Assembly (NCBI GenBank): GCA_044222185.1
Contig: JBGANV010000001.1
Coordinates: 1-64,000, forward strand
Length of the DNA stretch: 64,000 nucleotides
Direction: 5' to 3'
From: Planctomycetota bacterium
Lineage (GTDB): Bacteria; Planctomycetota; GCA-002687715; CAIWVZ01
Positions 1 through 9,513 of this stretch are shown piece after piece. Below the pieces are notes generated by a model. It saw only the letters and a list, made by a program, of their open reading frames with translations. It ran no database searches and was not told where the DNA came from. Positions within the stretch are counted from its first letter, which is position 1. Each line of letters starts with the position of its first letter. Position numbers and translations under genes: made by a program.

Positions 1-659
1 CCTCGCTCGCGGTCGTCTGATAGAACTACGCGGCCAGTCCTACCGGACTCGGCACATCGTCAAGTCTCCGAGCATCGAGCCCGCCTCTCACACCGCCAAA
101 ATATCCGGAAAACGACCGCCAGAATTTCCGGAACCCACAGGGGGTTGTGCTCGGTCATATGGAACGCGACGAGCCTCCCGACCCGCCGAGAATCCTCGGG
201 GCTATGAAGGAGGAGACGGGGCTGCTTCACTGTCCTACATAAGGCTCCGGTGATGGAGTTCGAGAACAGCAACGGCGTTCTCGCCGTCGCGGCAAGGCGC
301 TCCCGGAAGCGGGCCGACGACCGGGAGGACCGGCCGGATCGAGGATCGTGCCCGGCCAGCAGCGGTCGACCGAGGCAGGTCGAGCCCCACCGCGACACCT
401 GTATCGCCCGTCTCTCGCACCAGATCACGAAGTCGTTGAACGCAACGTTCTTGTGAGCCGCGGCTTGCCATGGCCGTCCGATCTCAGCGCGACAGACGTG
501 AGAGTCGGCCTGCGCCAACGAAGCCGTGATACGGTCGGTGACGAGTTCGCGAACAAGGCGTGCGGCATGCCGTGGATGGCCGCGGGACTCAATTTCGCCC
601 GGACCGTCGCGCAGATCGACGCTCCGTAGTCGCGATCCCGGCGACCGGTAGCGGCGGGA

Positions 660-1769
660 TCATTCGGACGCGGGGCCGCACGAAGACCTGCGCAGTCTCG
701 CGACCGCTCGCTCGGCGGCTTTCCGCACATGGCCGTCGCGATCGTGTCGGGCGGACGCGAGTCGGTTCTCCATCGCTTGCCCGCCGAAGATTTCAACGAG
801 CTGGCACGCCCACGTTCTGTGCTCGGCGCGCGGATCGTCGATCCAGAGATCGAAGAGCTGGTGCCAGGAATTCGAGTCGACGTGATTCCGAAGGACACGG
901 GCGGCTGTGCAACGAACCTCCTTCGACACGTCGGTCCGGGCGATCGCCACGAGCCGATCGACATCACCTGCCTCCCAGAGTTGCTCCAGCGCCGCGACCG
1001 CGACCTCACGGGTGCTCTCCTCGTTGGTGGCGGTCAGAGCCACGACGCGATCATGGAGTCTCACATGGCCCAGTCGCGCGATCGCCTCGATCGCCGCTCG
1101 GACCACTCGTTGGTCGTCGTCGTCGAGCATCACGGCCAGTCGATCTGCGACGGCCGGTGAGCGCGGTCGGAGTCCGATTCCCTCGACGGCTGCTCTTCGC
1201 ACGGTCCAATCGGTAGAGCGGCTGAGTCCGAGGAGTTCGTCGATGGCCCGCGGATCGGCGCTGTGCCCAAGCGCCGTGAAGGCTGCCCATCGCACGCCTC
1301 CGCCGACGTTCGCGAGTCGTGCGAGTTCGGCGACACTCGCCTCGTCAGGCACGCGGGCTTCGTTCAGTTGTGGCGGTCGGAGCCGCGAGTCCTCCGTCGG
1401 GCCTTCCGGGATCGCCGCCTCGAAATCCTGCTCGGAGTGCGTTCGCAGTCTGCACCGCACGCGGCATGCATGGCTCTCGTCACGATTCGGGAGGACGCTG
1501 AACGTGACGATGGCCTCGGTGAAGAGCCGGGCTTCGACGCCGTGACTCGCGGCGTTCTCTTCGAACCATCGGCGCAAGTCCGCCGACGCCCTGCGCAGAG
1601 CCCCGTTGATCATGAAGACGGGGCTCGAGCGCTCCTCCGACAGGAGATCGAGGTCGGCGTCGAGGACGCCCGCTGCCCGACACGCCACACCGAGATCGGG
1701 CTGAAGTTGGCTTAGAACGCCGCGCGCGTGCCGAGCAACGTTCTCAGCGATGTCCTGAACTTTTGGCAT
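660..1769 (-). CDS. HEAT/PBS-lyase repeat protein
   Basis: C-terminal two-thirds has tandem HEAT-like motifs (VRWAAFTALG, VRRAAVEGIG, VVRAAIEAIARLG, TREVAVAALEQL, VRKAAERAVARL); N-terminal ~120 aa not recognised. Confidence 0.75.
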   Translation of the reverse strand: MPKVQDIAENVARHARGVLSQLQPDLGVACRAAGVLDADLDLLSEERSSPVFMINGALRRASADLRRWFEENAASHGVEARLFTEAIVTFSVLPNRDESHACRVRCRLRTHSEQDFEAAIPEGPTEDSRLRPPQLNEARVPDEASVAELARLANVGGGVRWAAFTALGHSADPRAIDELLGLSRSTDWTVRRAAVEGIGLRPRSPAVADRLAVMLDDDDQRVVRAAIEAIARLGHVRLHDRVVALTATNEESTREVAVAALEQLWEAGDVDRLVAIARTDVSKEVRCTAARVLRNHVDSNSWHQLFDLWIDDPRAEHRTWACQLVEIFGGQAMENRLASARHDRDGHVRKAAERAVARLRRSSCGPASE

Positions 1770-2025
1770 GCCGGATCACTCGACTCCGCCGTCCTGCCTC
1801 GGCCTGTCCTGGTCGCAGGTAGTCTACGGCCACGTCCCAAAGAAGTGCCGCGCGGTTCACCGGTCCGCAATCACCGGAATCGAGGGCTCGGCGATTGGCT
1901 GCATCCGCCGAGATCGAGGGGGTGATCCGCGTTCCGGAGCTGTGCCGGGCCCAGCGGAGCGTTCGCGGATCCACTGACTGCGACCGCCGTGGAACCCGGC
2001 GGGCGGCATCAGGCCCTGGCGACGA

Positions 2026-2054
2026 AGAACCCCGCGGAATGTGCGGGATTCTTG
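2026..2054 (-). terminator. Hairpin just downstream of the displaced tRNA 3' fragment (probable original tRNA terminator)
   Basis: Imperfect inverted repeat AAGAACCCCGC...GCGGGATTCTT abutting the att copy. Confidence 0.45.
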
Positions 2055-2098
2055 AGCGGTCCCGGCCCGATTCGAACGGGCGACCTGCAGTTCCGAAG
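2055..2098 (-). repeat. att site: duplicated 3' half of tRNA-Arg(TCG)
   Basis: 43/44 nt identical to 9104-9147 (mismatch at 2089/9138); identity ends at the anticodon loop. Confidence 0.93.
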
Positions 2099-2216
2099 CC
2101 ACGGGTTTCAGCAAATTCTCCCGACGTTTTGCGGTCGATGGCGGACGCATCTGACGACCCAATGGCCGGATGGGAGGGTTCGGGCCGTCGCCGCGTGACC
2201 CTTCGAGGATGCACGC

Positions 2217-2260
2217 GGGCGGACGCGGACTCGACAAGCGTGCAGGCATCTCGCAACCGA
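2217..2260 (+). repeat. 44-bp direct repeat, copy 1 (copy 2 at 5439-5482)
   Basis: GGGCGGACGCGGACTCGAC(A/G)AGCGTGCA(G/A)G(C/T)ATCTCGCAACCGA, 3 mismatches between copies. Confidence 0.85.
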
Positions 2261-2284
2261 GACTCCTCACGCCGACGTTCAGCA

Positions 2285-3562
2285 TCACTCCTTTGTCAGG
2301 CGGAAAGGTGACGGCGGGGCCTTGCGCGCGCCGAGTCGCCACAGCGCCTCCATCGGCAGCGCCATGAAGCGGGCGTCGAATGGGACCGATGTCGCGCCCG
2401 CATAGAGCACGACGCCGCGGACGAAGCGGTCTCCGGCCGCCTCGGCCAAGTTTCGAAGGCCGCGAAGGTCGCTCCCGTCGACGGTCGCGGCGGCCTTGAT
2501 TTCGACGCCGACGACGCGCCCCGACGGATCTTCGAGGACCGCGTCGACCTCGGCGCCCGCGTGGGTGCGGTAGTGGAACGCGCGCGGCAGGGTCTCAGAC
2601 CACGCCGATTGCTTCCGCAACTCGCCAACGACGAACGTCTCGAGGATCGGGCCCGCGACGGCGCCGTCTTCGGCGGCGCGCGCGGCAGTGACTCCTGCCA
2701 GATGCGCCGCCAACCCCGCGTCGGAGAAGTGGACCTTCGGCGCCTTCACGACGCGCGACGACAGGTTCTTCGACCACGGCGGCAGCGGCCGCGTCAGAAA
2801 GACGCTCTCGAGGAGCGACAGATAGCGGACGGTCGTCGTCGGCGGCAGCGAGAGACCGCGTGCAAGATCGGACGCGTTTTGAAGGGCGGCCGTTCGGGCG
2901 CCGACGAGGCTCAAGAGGCGCGGAAGCGCCGTCAACCCATCCACGCGTGCCAGATCGCGCACGTCGCGCTGCAGGACTGCCGACGCATACGAGCGGAACC
3001 ACGCGGAGCGGCGCGCATCAGTAGGACGGTCGACCGCTTCGGGGAAGCCGCCGCGCAGCGCACGTGCCAGGTAGTCCTCGCGGGTCAGTCTCGACGTGAC
3101 GGCAGCTGGAGGTGTCTTGCCGAACACCGCGTCCACGAATCCCTCGACGACGCCTTCGATCTCTCCCTGCGAGAGCGGCTCGAGCGTCACGATTTCGGCC
3201 CGGCCCGCGAGCGACTCCTGCAGCTTGGGTATCGCGAGGACATGCGCTGAACCCGTGAGGAGATACCGCCCGGGGCGGCGATCGCGGTCGATCGCCGCCT
3301 TGAGCGCCCGAAACAGTTGCGGGGCACGCTGGACTTCGTCGAAGACGCCGCCGTCGGGAAAGCCGGCGACGAACCCGTCGGGGTCCGCGGCGGCCGCCGC
3401 CAGAGATGCACCGTCGTCGAGCGTCACGTAACGCAGGCGCCGCGCGCGCGCGACGCTCCGCGCCAACGTGGACTTGCCCGTCTGGCGCGGCCCATGCAGG
3501 ACGACGCAGGGCGTGTCGGCAAGAGCTGTCGCCAGGACCGTCAGCGCGTTGCGTCGGAACAT
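2285..3562 (-). CDS. AAA_14-type ATPase with C-terminal DUF4143/PD-(D/E)xK-like domain
   Basis: Walker A GPRQTGKST, Walker B VFDEVQR, LTGSA, ESLAGR, GGFPE, C-terminal EVDAV...GVEIK; start placed at MFRRN. Confidence 0.9.
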   Translation of the reverse strand: MFRRNALTVLATALADTPCVVLHGPRQTGKSTLARSVARARRLRYVTLDDGASLAAAAADPDGFVAGFPDGGVFDEVQRAPQLFRALKAAIDRDRRPGRYLLTGSAHVLAIPKLQESLAGRAEIVTLEPLSQGEIEGVVEGFVDAVFGKTPPAAVTSRLTREDYLARALRGGFPEAVDRPTDARRSAWFRSYASAVLQRDVRDLARVDGLTALPRLLSLVGARTAALQNASDLARGLSLPPTTTVRYLSLLESVFLTRPLPPWSKNLSSRVVKAPKVHFSDAGLAAHLAGVTAARAAEDGAVAGPILETFVVGELRKQSAWSETLPRAFHYRTHAGAEVDAVLEDPSGRVVGVEIKAAATVDGSDLRGLRNLAEAAGDRFVRGVVLYAGATSVPFDARFMALPMEALWRLGARKAPPSPFRLTKE

Positions 3563-3602
3563 GGTTGAAGTTTCACCACTTGGTGGGGAAATTTCAACCA
3601 TG
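3560..3602. promoter_or_regulatory. Operator-like inverted repeat overlapping the ATPase start codon
   Basis: CATGGTTGAAGTTTC...GAAATTTCAACCATG, 15-bp arms with 1 mismatch; AT-rich in a GC-rich background. Confidence 0.6.
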
Positions 3603-3813
3603 ACCGAAAGGGCGAGAGACCCCCCGACTGCGTTCGAGCCTGTCTTCACATCACGTAGTCAAGTTGCTTGAAGTCACCGTGGAGCAGGTCGGCGGGGCAT
3701 CGCCAGATGAGGGGCGTGTCGTCGCGGAGATGGGGTTTCGGTTGGGTGGTGGAATGCAAACGGGCGGTAACGGACGAAGGTTGCCGCTCGGGGCACGGTC
3801 GTCGGCTGCGTCG

Positions 3814-4128
3814 TCACTCCAGGCCGCTCCGGTCCCATCGGGTGTCGCGCCAACCGGCGATGAGTCCGTTCTCTCCGCAGGCTGGGCACTCCCAGACGAT
3901 GTCCGTCGATTCAGTCGCGATGCCGGCGACGATCTCTCCGCCGCAGGGTTTTCGGCCGGGGTTCCGCCGACACCAGACGTTCGTACGCTGCGGGCCTCCG
4001 TTCGTCCGCGACGTCCAGCCGACGATGGCGCACAGGAGGGTCGCGAGCCGGAATGCCGGGCTGGGCATCCCCGACGCGAGCCGACCGGTCTCATCCAAAT
4101 AGTGGCGAAGGTTCGCGATGATGGTCAT
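3814..4128 (-). CDS. Small hypothetical protein, putative Zn-binding
   Basis: CRRNPGRKPC...WECPACGENG..GW...RWD cysteine/tryptophan pattern; GGAG upstream of start. Confidence 0.7.
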   Translation of the reverse strand: MTIIANLRHYLDETGRLASGMPSPAFRLATLLCAIVGWTSRTNGGPQRTNVWCRRNPGRKPCGGEIVAGIATESTDIVWECPACGENGLIAGWRDTRWDRSGLE

Positions 4129-4227
4129 GGTGCTCCTCGACGGCGGTGCCGAGTCGATCGTCGAGCGGCGTTGCCCGCGTACCCGCGCGCGCGGTCGCTC
4201 GCCTCCACGATGGGACGAGTCGCCGCC

Positions 4228-5058
4228 CTACCGCGAAACACGGAGCGCCCGCCGGACGCGCGCGAGCGCCTTCTTCGTACCGGCGTCGCGAGGGTCCCTG
4301 AGATCCGCGGCCACGATCGTTGCAGGCACGAAGCGGGAGAAGGGCCCGAACAACTTGCGGCGCAGTTCGTGGTCGGCGCGCATCGTCTGCACCTCTTTGG
4401 CGAATCGCACCGCGGCTTTCCGAGAAGCGGCGTCGTGGATCGTGACGACGCACAGCCCTGCGTTTTCGACCGCTTCGTATCCGCGTGGGATGGCGACTGC
4501 CTTCGATGGCCGCCACGCGCTCGGCATCTCATGGAAAGACGTGCGTACCGGATGTGGCCCCGCGTAGAGCGCCGCGACGAGGTCATCGCCGAGCTTTTCG
4601 CGGAGGAGACGCCTGAGACCGACGGGGCTCTTGAGCGCATACCGGCGGTCCTGGTCCGCCAGTTCGTCGGGATCGGCGCGACGGCTCCGACGAATCAGTC
4701 CCTTGCCGTCCGCTGGTGGCGGCGCGACAAAGACCTCGAGATCGGCGAATTCCGTCGGCATGTCGCCTTCGATGAACACCGCCTCGCTGTAGGTGTTCAT
4801 CAGGTCCGTCATGTAGAACGCATCGCCGTGCTCTTCATCGAAGCGCAGGCGGACCGTGTCGCTCGCGCCGGCTTTTCGATAGCGACGCAGTTCGACGTCC
4901 CGCGGCGACCTGGACTCGCGATACCCCTTGCTGCGGGGATCGAGCTCGGCCCGCATGCAGTTGATCATGGCGGCATCCATCGCAAGCACGGCCTCGATGA
5001 ACGAAGTCTTGCCCCCGCCGGCCGGGCCGGCGACGTGAAAAATCGAGCGGGAGATCAT
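4228..5058 (-). CDS. Hypothetical P-loop NTPase (loosely MobB-like N-terminus)
   Basis: FHVAGPAGGGKTSFIE Walker A near the N-terminus, later VFIEGD; alternative start at 5067. Confidence 0.65.
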   Translation of the reverse strand: MISRSIFHVAGPAGGGKTSFIEAVLAMDAAMINCMRAELDPRSKGYRESRSPRDVELRRYRKAGASDTVRLRFDEEHGDAFYMTDLMNTYSEAVFIEGDMPTEFADLEVFVAPPPADGKGLIRRSRRADPDELADQDRRYALKSPVGLRRLLREKLGDDLVAALYAGPHPVRTSFHEMPSAWRPSKAVAIPRGYEAVENAGLCVVTIHDAASRKAAVRFAKEVQTMRADHELRRKLFGPFSRFVPATIVAADLRDPRDAGTKKALARVRRALRVSR

Positions 5059-5438
5059 CGGCGCCATCTTGGCATCGGAAAGACGGAGCGGCACCGGGCA
5101 CACGGCTGGTCGGGCGCATTTTGGGCTCACGGAGCAGTCCGGTACGACCATGGATCGACGCGAGCATGGGAATCCCCGTCGGATTCCGCGAGCTGATCGA
5201 GGGTGGACAAGATTCTGCGACGGCTGTTGCCAAATCGGCCTCTACGGCAGCCCTCGTTCTGCTCGATGCGCGCCGCGATGTTGAGACGCGCATCGGGTGT
5301 GCGAAGCCCATCATGGTTCGAGCCGCAGCAAACTTGGCGTGCAGAACGATCGCTGCCCGAACGCATGGCACGACCCCTGGCGCGGCCGGCGCACGTGCGC
5401 GCTCGGCTCGCGCCGACCGAACCCTCGCGGGAGCGCGA

Positions 5439-5482
5439 GGGCGGACGCGGACTCGACGAGCGTGCAAGTATCTCGCAACCGA
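5439..5482 (+). repeat. 44-bp direct repeat, copy 2
   Basis: Matches 2217-2260 at 41/44. Confidence 0.85.
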
Positions 5483-5560
5483 TGTCGATTGCGACGCGCG
5501 GCGGCCGTATCGGGTGCGGCGTGCTCGCCCCGAATGCGTGAAACACGCTGCCTGGCTCAT

Positions 5561-5606
5561 GTGACGAAACGTCGGGGGTTGTGAATAACGCCCGACGTTT
5601 CGTAAC
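5561..5606. promoter_or_regulatory. AbiEi operator (inverted repeat)
   Basis: 22-bp arms GTGACGAAACGTCGGGGGTTGT / ATAACGCCCGACGTTTCGTAAC (3 mismatches, 2-nt spacer), 10 bp upstream of the abiEi ATG; AbiE antitoxins are known to autorepress via promoter inverted repeats. Confidence 0.8.
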
Positions 5607-5616
5607 GCTCGGTGCC

Positions 5617-6219
5617 ATGCCGTCCCGAAGCCAGCGTCGTGCCATCGCCTTGATCGCGAAGCTGGGAATCGCGCGACCTCGCGATCTCGAATCGTACGGC
5701 GTGTCGCGCGAGGAGATCTCACGCCTCGTCGACGAGGGCCTTGTGACTCGGCAGGCGCGCGGGATCTACGTCGCCTCGCATCACTCGCCCACGGAGGCGC
5801 ATACGCTCGCCCACGTTGCCAAGCGCGTGCCCGGCGGCGTGTTCTGCCTGCTGACGGCACTGCGATTCCACGGGTTGACGACACAATCGCCGTCGGAAGT
5901 CTGGATCGCGCTGCCCGAAAAGGCGCGTCGGCCGAGCCTCGATCACCCTCATCTGCGCGTCGCCCGGTTCACCGGACCGGCCCTGACGGAAGGCGTCGTT
6001 GAGCACGCCGTCGAGGGCGTGCGGATTCGCGTTTATTCAGCAGCCAAGACCGTCGCGGACTGCTTCAAGTACCGCAACAAGGTAGGCATCGACGTCGCGG
6101 TTGAAGCCCTGCGCGACTTCAGCCGCAAGTACCGCGGAGGCGCGGACGAACTGGCCCGCTGCGCGCGCGTCTGCCGAGTCGCGCGCGTGATGCAGCCCTA
6201 CCTGGACGCGATCGCATGA
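5617..6219 (+). CDS. abiEi: Type IV toxin-antitoxin AbiEi-family antitoxin
   Basis: wHTH N-terminus (RPRDLE...RQARGIY), CLLTALRFHGLTTQ, YSAAKTVADCFKYRNKVGIDVAVEAL; ATGA overlap with the toxin gene. Confidence 0.9.
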   Translation: MPSRSQRRAIALIAKLGIARPRDLESYGVSREEISRLVDEGLVTRQARGIYVASHHSPTEAHTLAHVAKRVPGGVFCLLTALRFHGLTTQSPSEVWIALPEKARRPSLDHPHLRVARFTGPALTEGVVEHAVEGVRIRVYSAAKTVADCFKYRNKVGIDVAVEALRDFSRKYRGGADELARCARVCRVARVMQPYLDAIA

Positions 6220-7127
6220 CCGGCAAGGCGAACATCGCCGCTTCCGTCACCGCGCGCTTGCTCAATCGAGCGAAGGCGACGGGCGTGGATTTTCAGACAC
6301 TCCTCACGACGTACTGCCTGGAGAGGTTCCTCTTCCGACTGGGCGCGTCGGATCGCCGTGATCGATTCGTGCTGAAAGGCGCGATGCTTCTGCGGCTCTG
6401 GTCGGACCAACCCTACCGTGCCACCCGGGACCTGGATCTTCTTCGGCGCGGCGACGGCGCGTTCGAGGCGATCCGAGACGATCTTCGCGCCATCGCGAGC
6501 ACGCCGGTTCCGCCGGATGCCATCAGTTTCGACCCCGCGCGCATCGACATTGAAGCGATCCGCGCCGCGGACGAGTACGCCGGCACTCGCGCGACGTTGC
6601 CCGCCCGATGCGGCAAGGCGCGCCTTTCGCTCCAGATCGACATGGGGCTGGGCGACGCCGTTTGGCCCGCCCCACAAACCTGCACCTACCCGCCGCTCCT
6701 TGAATTCCCCGCACCGGAGTTGCTCGCCTAGCCGAAGGAGGCCGTGATCGCCGAGAAGCTCGAAGCCATGGTCGTCCTCGGCGACCGGAACAGCCGCATC
6801 AAGGACTTCTTCGACCTTCACTAACTCGCAAGCCGTTTCGAGTTCGAGCGCGCGGTTCTGTCGGAAGCCGTCCGCCGGACGTTCGAGCGCCGGCAGACGC
6901 CGATTCCAGCCACCGATCCTCTCGGCCTGACTCCCGCGTACTGGGAGAACCTGACCCGTCCGGCGCAAGTGCGCGCGTTCGCTCGCCGCGCCGGCCTCGA
7001 CGTCCCAGCGAAACCTGAGGCGGAATTCACGCGAGTGCTGCATGCCTTCCTCGCGCCGGTACTCGATGACGTCCGTGCAAAGACCGTGCGGAGTGCGCTC
7101 TGGCGTCCGGGTGGACCGTGGCGCTGA
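6216..7127 (+). pseudogene. abiEii: AbiEii-family nucleotidyltransferase toxin with two in-frame stops
   Basis: ERFLFRL, FVLKGA, RATRDLD, AEKLEAM, NSRIKDFFD motifs all in one frame; TAG at 6729-6731 and TAA at 6822-6824; natural stop TGA at 7125-7127. Confidence 0.85.
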
Positions 7128-7294
7128 GCGCGATGCGGCAACGGCGTGAAACTCAAGTGAGGCTCTTGTTTCGTGCAGTAGGAGCCGAGCCGGCTGTTTC
7201 GCGCAGGGATTGCTGCTGCTGTCGCTCCGACGGCTACTGGCACAACCGGCTTGCCCGCCGACAACTCAACGCCTCGACGTACCGTCCAAGTTCG

Positions 7295-8374
7295 ATGCCC
7301 CCCTCCGCCCGACCGTTCCACCTGTTCGCCCTCGCGCTCGCCGGTTGGCTGAACCGCCGCCAAGCCGCCGCGGTCGCGTACCTCCGCGAGGAGAACCGCG
7401 TCCTGCGGTCGCGGCTGCCCGAGGGGCGGCTCCGGTTCAACGACGTCGAGCGGAAGCCGCTGGCGGTCCGGGGCGCCGAGCTCGGCCGGGCCCTGCTCGC
7501 CGCCGTCGCGACGCTCGTCTCGCCGGACACCATCCTCCGTTGGCATCGGAACCTCGTCGCCGCGAAGTGGACCTTCAACGCGAAGACCACGACGGTCCGC
7601 GTCGGATTGATGGCAAGAATCGGCGCCCTCGCGGTCCGCTTCGCGAAGGACAACCCGACGTGGGGCTACGACCGCATCCAAGGCGCGCTGAAGAACGTCG
7701 GGCACGTCGTTGCCCCGAACACGTTCAAGAAGGCGCTCAACGCCTCGGGCCTCGACCCCGCGCCGGACCGCGGCAAGCGGACGCCGTGGAAGACGTTCCT
7801 GAAGGCCCACGCCGCCGCGATCGCCGCCACGAACTTCTTCACGACGGAGGTCTGGACCGCCCGCGGCCTCGTCACGCACTACACGCTCTTCGTGATCCAC
7901 CACGCCACGCGCGCTGCCGAGATCGTCGCGACGACGACAGACCCGAACGCGCTGCTCATCGCGCAGGTCGCGAAGCTGCTGACCGACCCCGTCGACGGCT
8001 TCCTCCGCGCGAAGAAGTTCCTCGTGACGGACCGCGACGCGATCTTCAGGGAGGACTTCGGCACGGCGCTCAAGGCCGACGGCGTCCGGGCGCTATGCAG
8101 CCCTCCGTCGGCTCCGAACTGCAACGCCTTCGCCGAGCGGTTCGTCGGGACGGTGCGCCGCGAACTGACGGACCGGATGATCTTCGTCGGCACGGCTTCG
8201 TTCGACCGCGCCCTGCGCGAGTTCGCCGTCCACGACATCGCCGAGCGCAACCATCAGTCCTTGGACAACGACCTGATCGCGCCGCGCGCCCCGGTCGGCT
8301 CCGCCCTCGGCCGCTGCGAGCGCCGCGAACGCTTGGGCGGGCTGCTCAGCTTCTACGTCCGCCGCGCGGCGTGA
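7295..8374 (+). mobile_element. Integrase-core (rve) DDE transposase of an IS, probably degenerate
   Basis: YLREENRVL, VSPDTILRWH, NPTWGYDRIQGAL, DRD, PNCNAFAERFV, RERLGGLL; the usual 'DFF' first acidic residue reads NFF; no clear terminal inverted repeats found. Confidence 0.8.
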
Positions 8375-8487
8375 CGCCCATCAGCGCGCCGTCGCGCGGC
8401 TGACAACCGACGAGATCCCCAGAAAAAAACCGCGCGGAAGCTCCGTCGCCGCCCAACGGTTCGGCCGGTCTGGTACGCTCCGCCGCG

Positions 8488-9168
8488 GTGCGAACGGCCC
8501 CGGAATCATCGTTCGGGGCTCGTTTCGGCGCTCGGCCGAGATCCTGCACCACACGGGTCCGGGTCCTGACGATCCGGCCGACGCTCACGAAGTCGCGGCG
8601 AACACGGGAGGTCCCGGTCGCGTCGGTTCTTGCGACCGACCTCGGGACTCTGAGATCTGCACAGGGCCTCGCGCGTGGACGACCGGTCCGTGCCTCGGAC
8701 CTGATCTTCCCCACACCCCACGCCGCTCCCTGGGACGGCGCGAACGTCCGTTGCGAACTCCGTGCCGTGTTCAAGGGCGCGAGGATCGACGAGCACGATG
8801 AACGAGGACGAAGCGTCGACGTCCATTCCCTCCGCGCTACCTCGACGACGCGGATGCTCCGCCACGGTCTGCCGCTGGCCGTCGTCATGGAGGTCGTGGG
8901 ACACCGCGCCGCCAAGGTCACGACACGGCATTACACCGACTTGCGCGTCGCGGATTCACGTGCAGCCCTCGATGGGATTCCGGCACCGCAACTGCGCGAG
9001 TTGGAATCCGAGGATCGGCGCCGAGCGGCGTCCGGAGGGGGCGAAGCGGCGAGTATCCGGCGAGTCGACGGAGACGGCTCCACCGAAACACTCGGTTTTT
9101 CCCAGCGGTCCCGGCCCGATTCGAACGGGCGACCTGCGGTTCCGAAGACCGATGCTCTATCCAGCTGA
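8488..9168 (+). pseudogene. Tyrosine recombinase/integrase, C-terminal fragment
   Basis: TKSRRTREVP, HSLRAT (H-x-x-R), VVGH and RHY catalytic motifs; N-terminus and first Arg motif missing next to the IS; frame runs through the att site into the tRNA antisense. Confidence 0.8.
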
Positions 9169-9179
9169 GCTACGGGACC
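9106..9179 (-). tRNA. tRNA-Arg(TCG), CCA not encoded
   Basis: GGTCCCG-TA-GCTCAGCTGGATAGAGC-A-TCGGT-CTTCGGA-ACCGC-AGGTC-GCCCG-TTCGAAT-CGGGC-CGGGACC-G cloverleaf; one 27:43 mismatch. Confidence 0.95.
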
Positions 9180-9300
9180 CTTTTCCGGGGCCGACGCGAG
9201 GGCGCCGGGCGGAGAGGCGCGGATGATACCAGCTCGGCTCCGGCGAAAGAGGGGGACGGGTCGCGCGTTGGATCACCCGTTCTCGCCGCCCTTTGCGGCG

Positions 9301-9330
9301 TTGCGGGAATGGTCCGACTTCTTCTACAAT
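9301..9330 (+). promoter_or_regulatory. Putative sigma70 promoter of the pilus-like operon
   Basis: TTGCGG-N18-TACAAT. Confidence 0.4.
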
Positions 9331-9513
9331 CCGCCCCGCCACGACCTTGCCAACGACTCTGGAGTTCGGACCAGGCGCATTCAACTCGACGCCATTGAAG
9401 CCATCTTCCACGCCTGAAGGCACTCACCGGGGCACATCCCGCCGTGGAGTTCGGGGCCGCGTTGGCGGTCCCGGGAGTCCGGCGTTCTGCATTCCCGGCG
9501 ACAAAAGAAGCCC

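Larger units (their letters stand above)
2055..9147. mobile_element. Degenerate tRNA-integrated genomic island (~7.1 kb)
   Basis: Flanked by a 44-bp tRNA-derived direct repeat; tyrosine integrase remnant next to the tRNA; TA, IS and ATPase cargo. Confidence 0.88.

Noticed and set aside
1-659. Short ORFs at the window start
   Set aside because: No recognisable motif, RBS or consistent coding signal; may be a remnant but cannot be supported.
6729-6731. Pyrrolysine/amber readthrough or a recoded genetic code in abiEii
   Set aside because: A second in-frame stop is TAA, and TAG is used as a normal stop elsewhere (atpH, atpG, atpC).
7130-8480. IS terminal inverted repeats and target-site duplication
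   Set aside because: No convincing matching ends were found by eye, so only the transposase ORF is reported.
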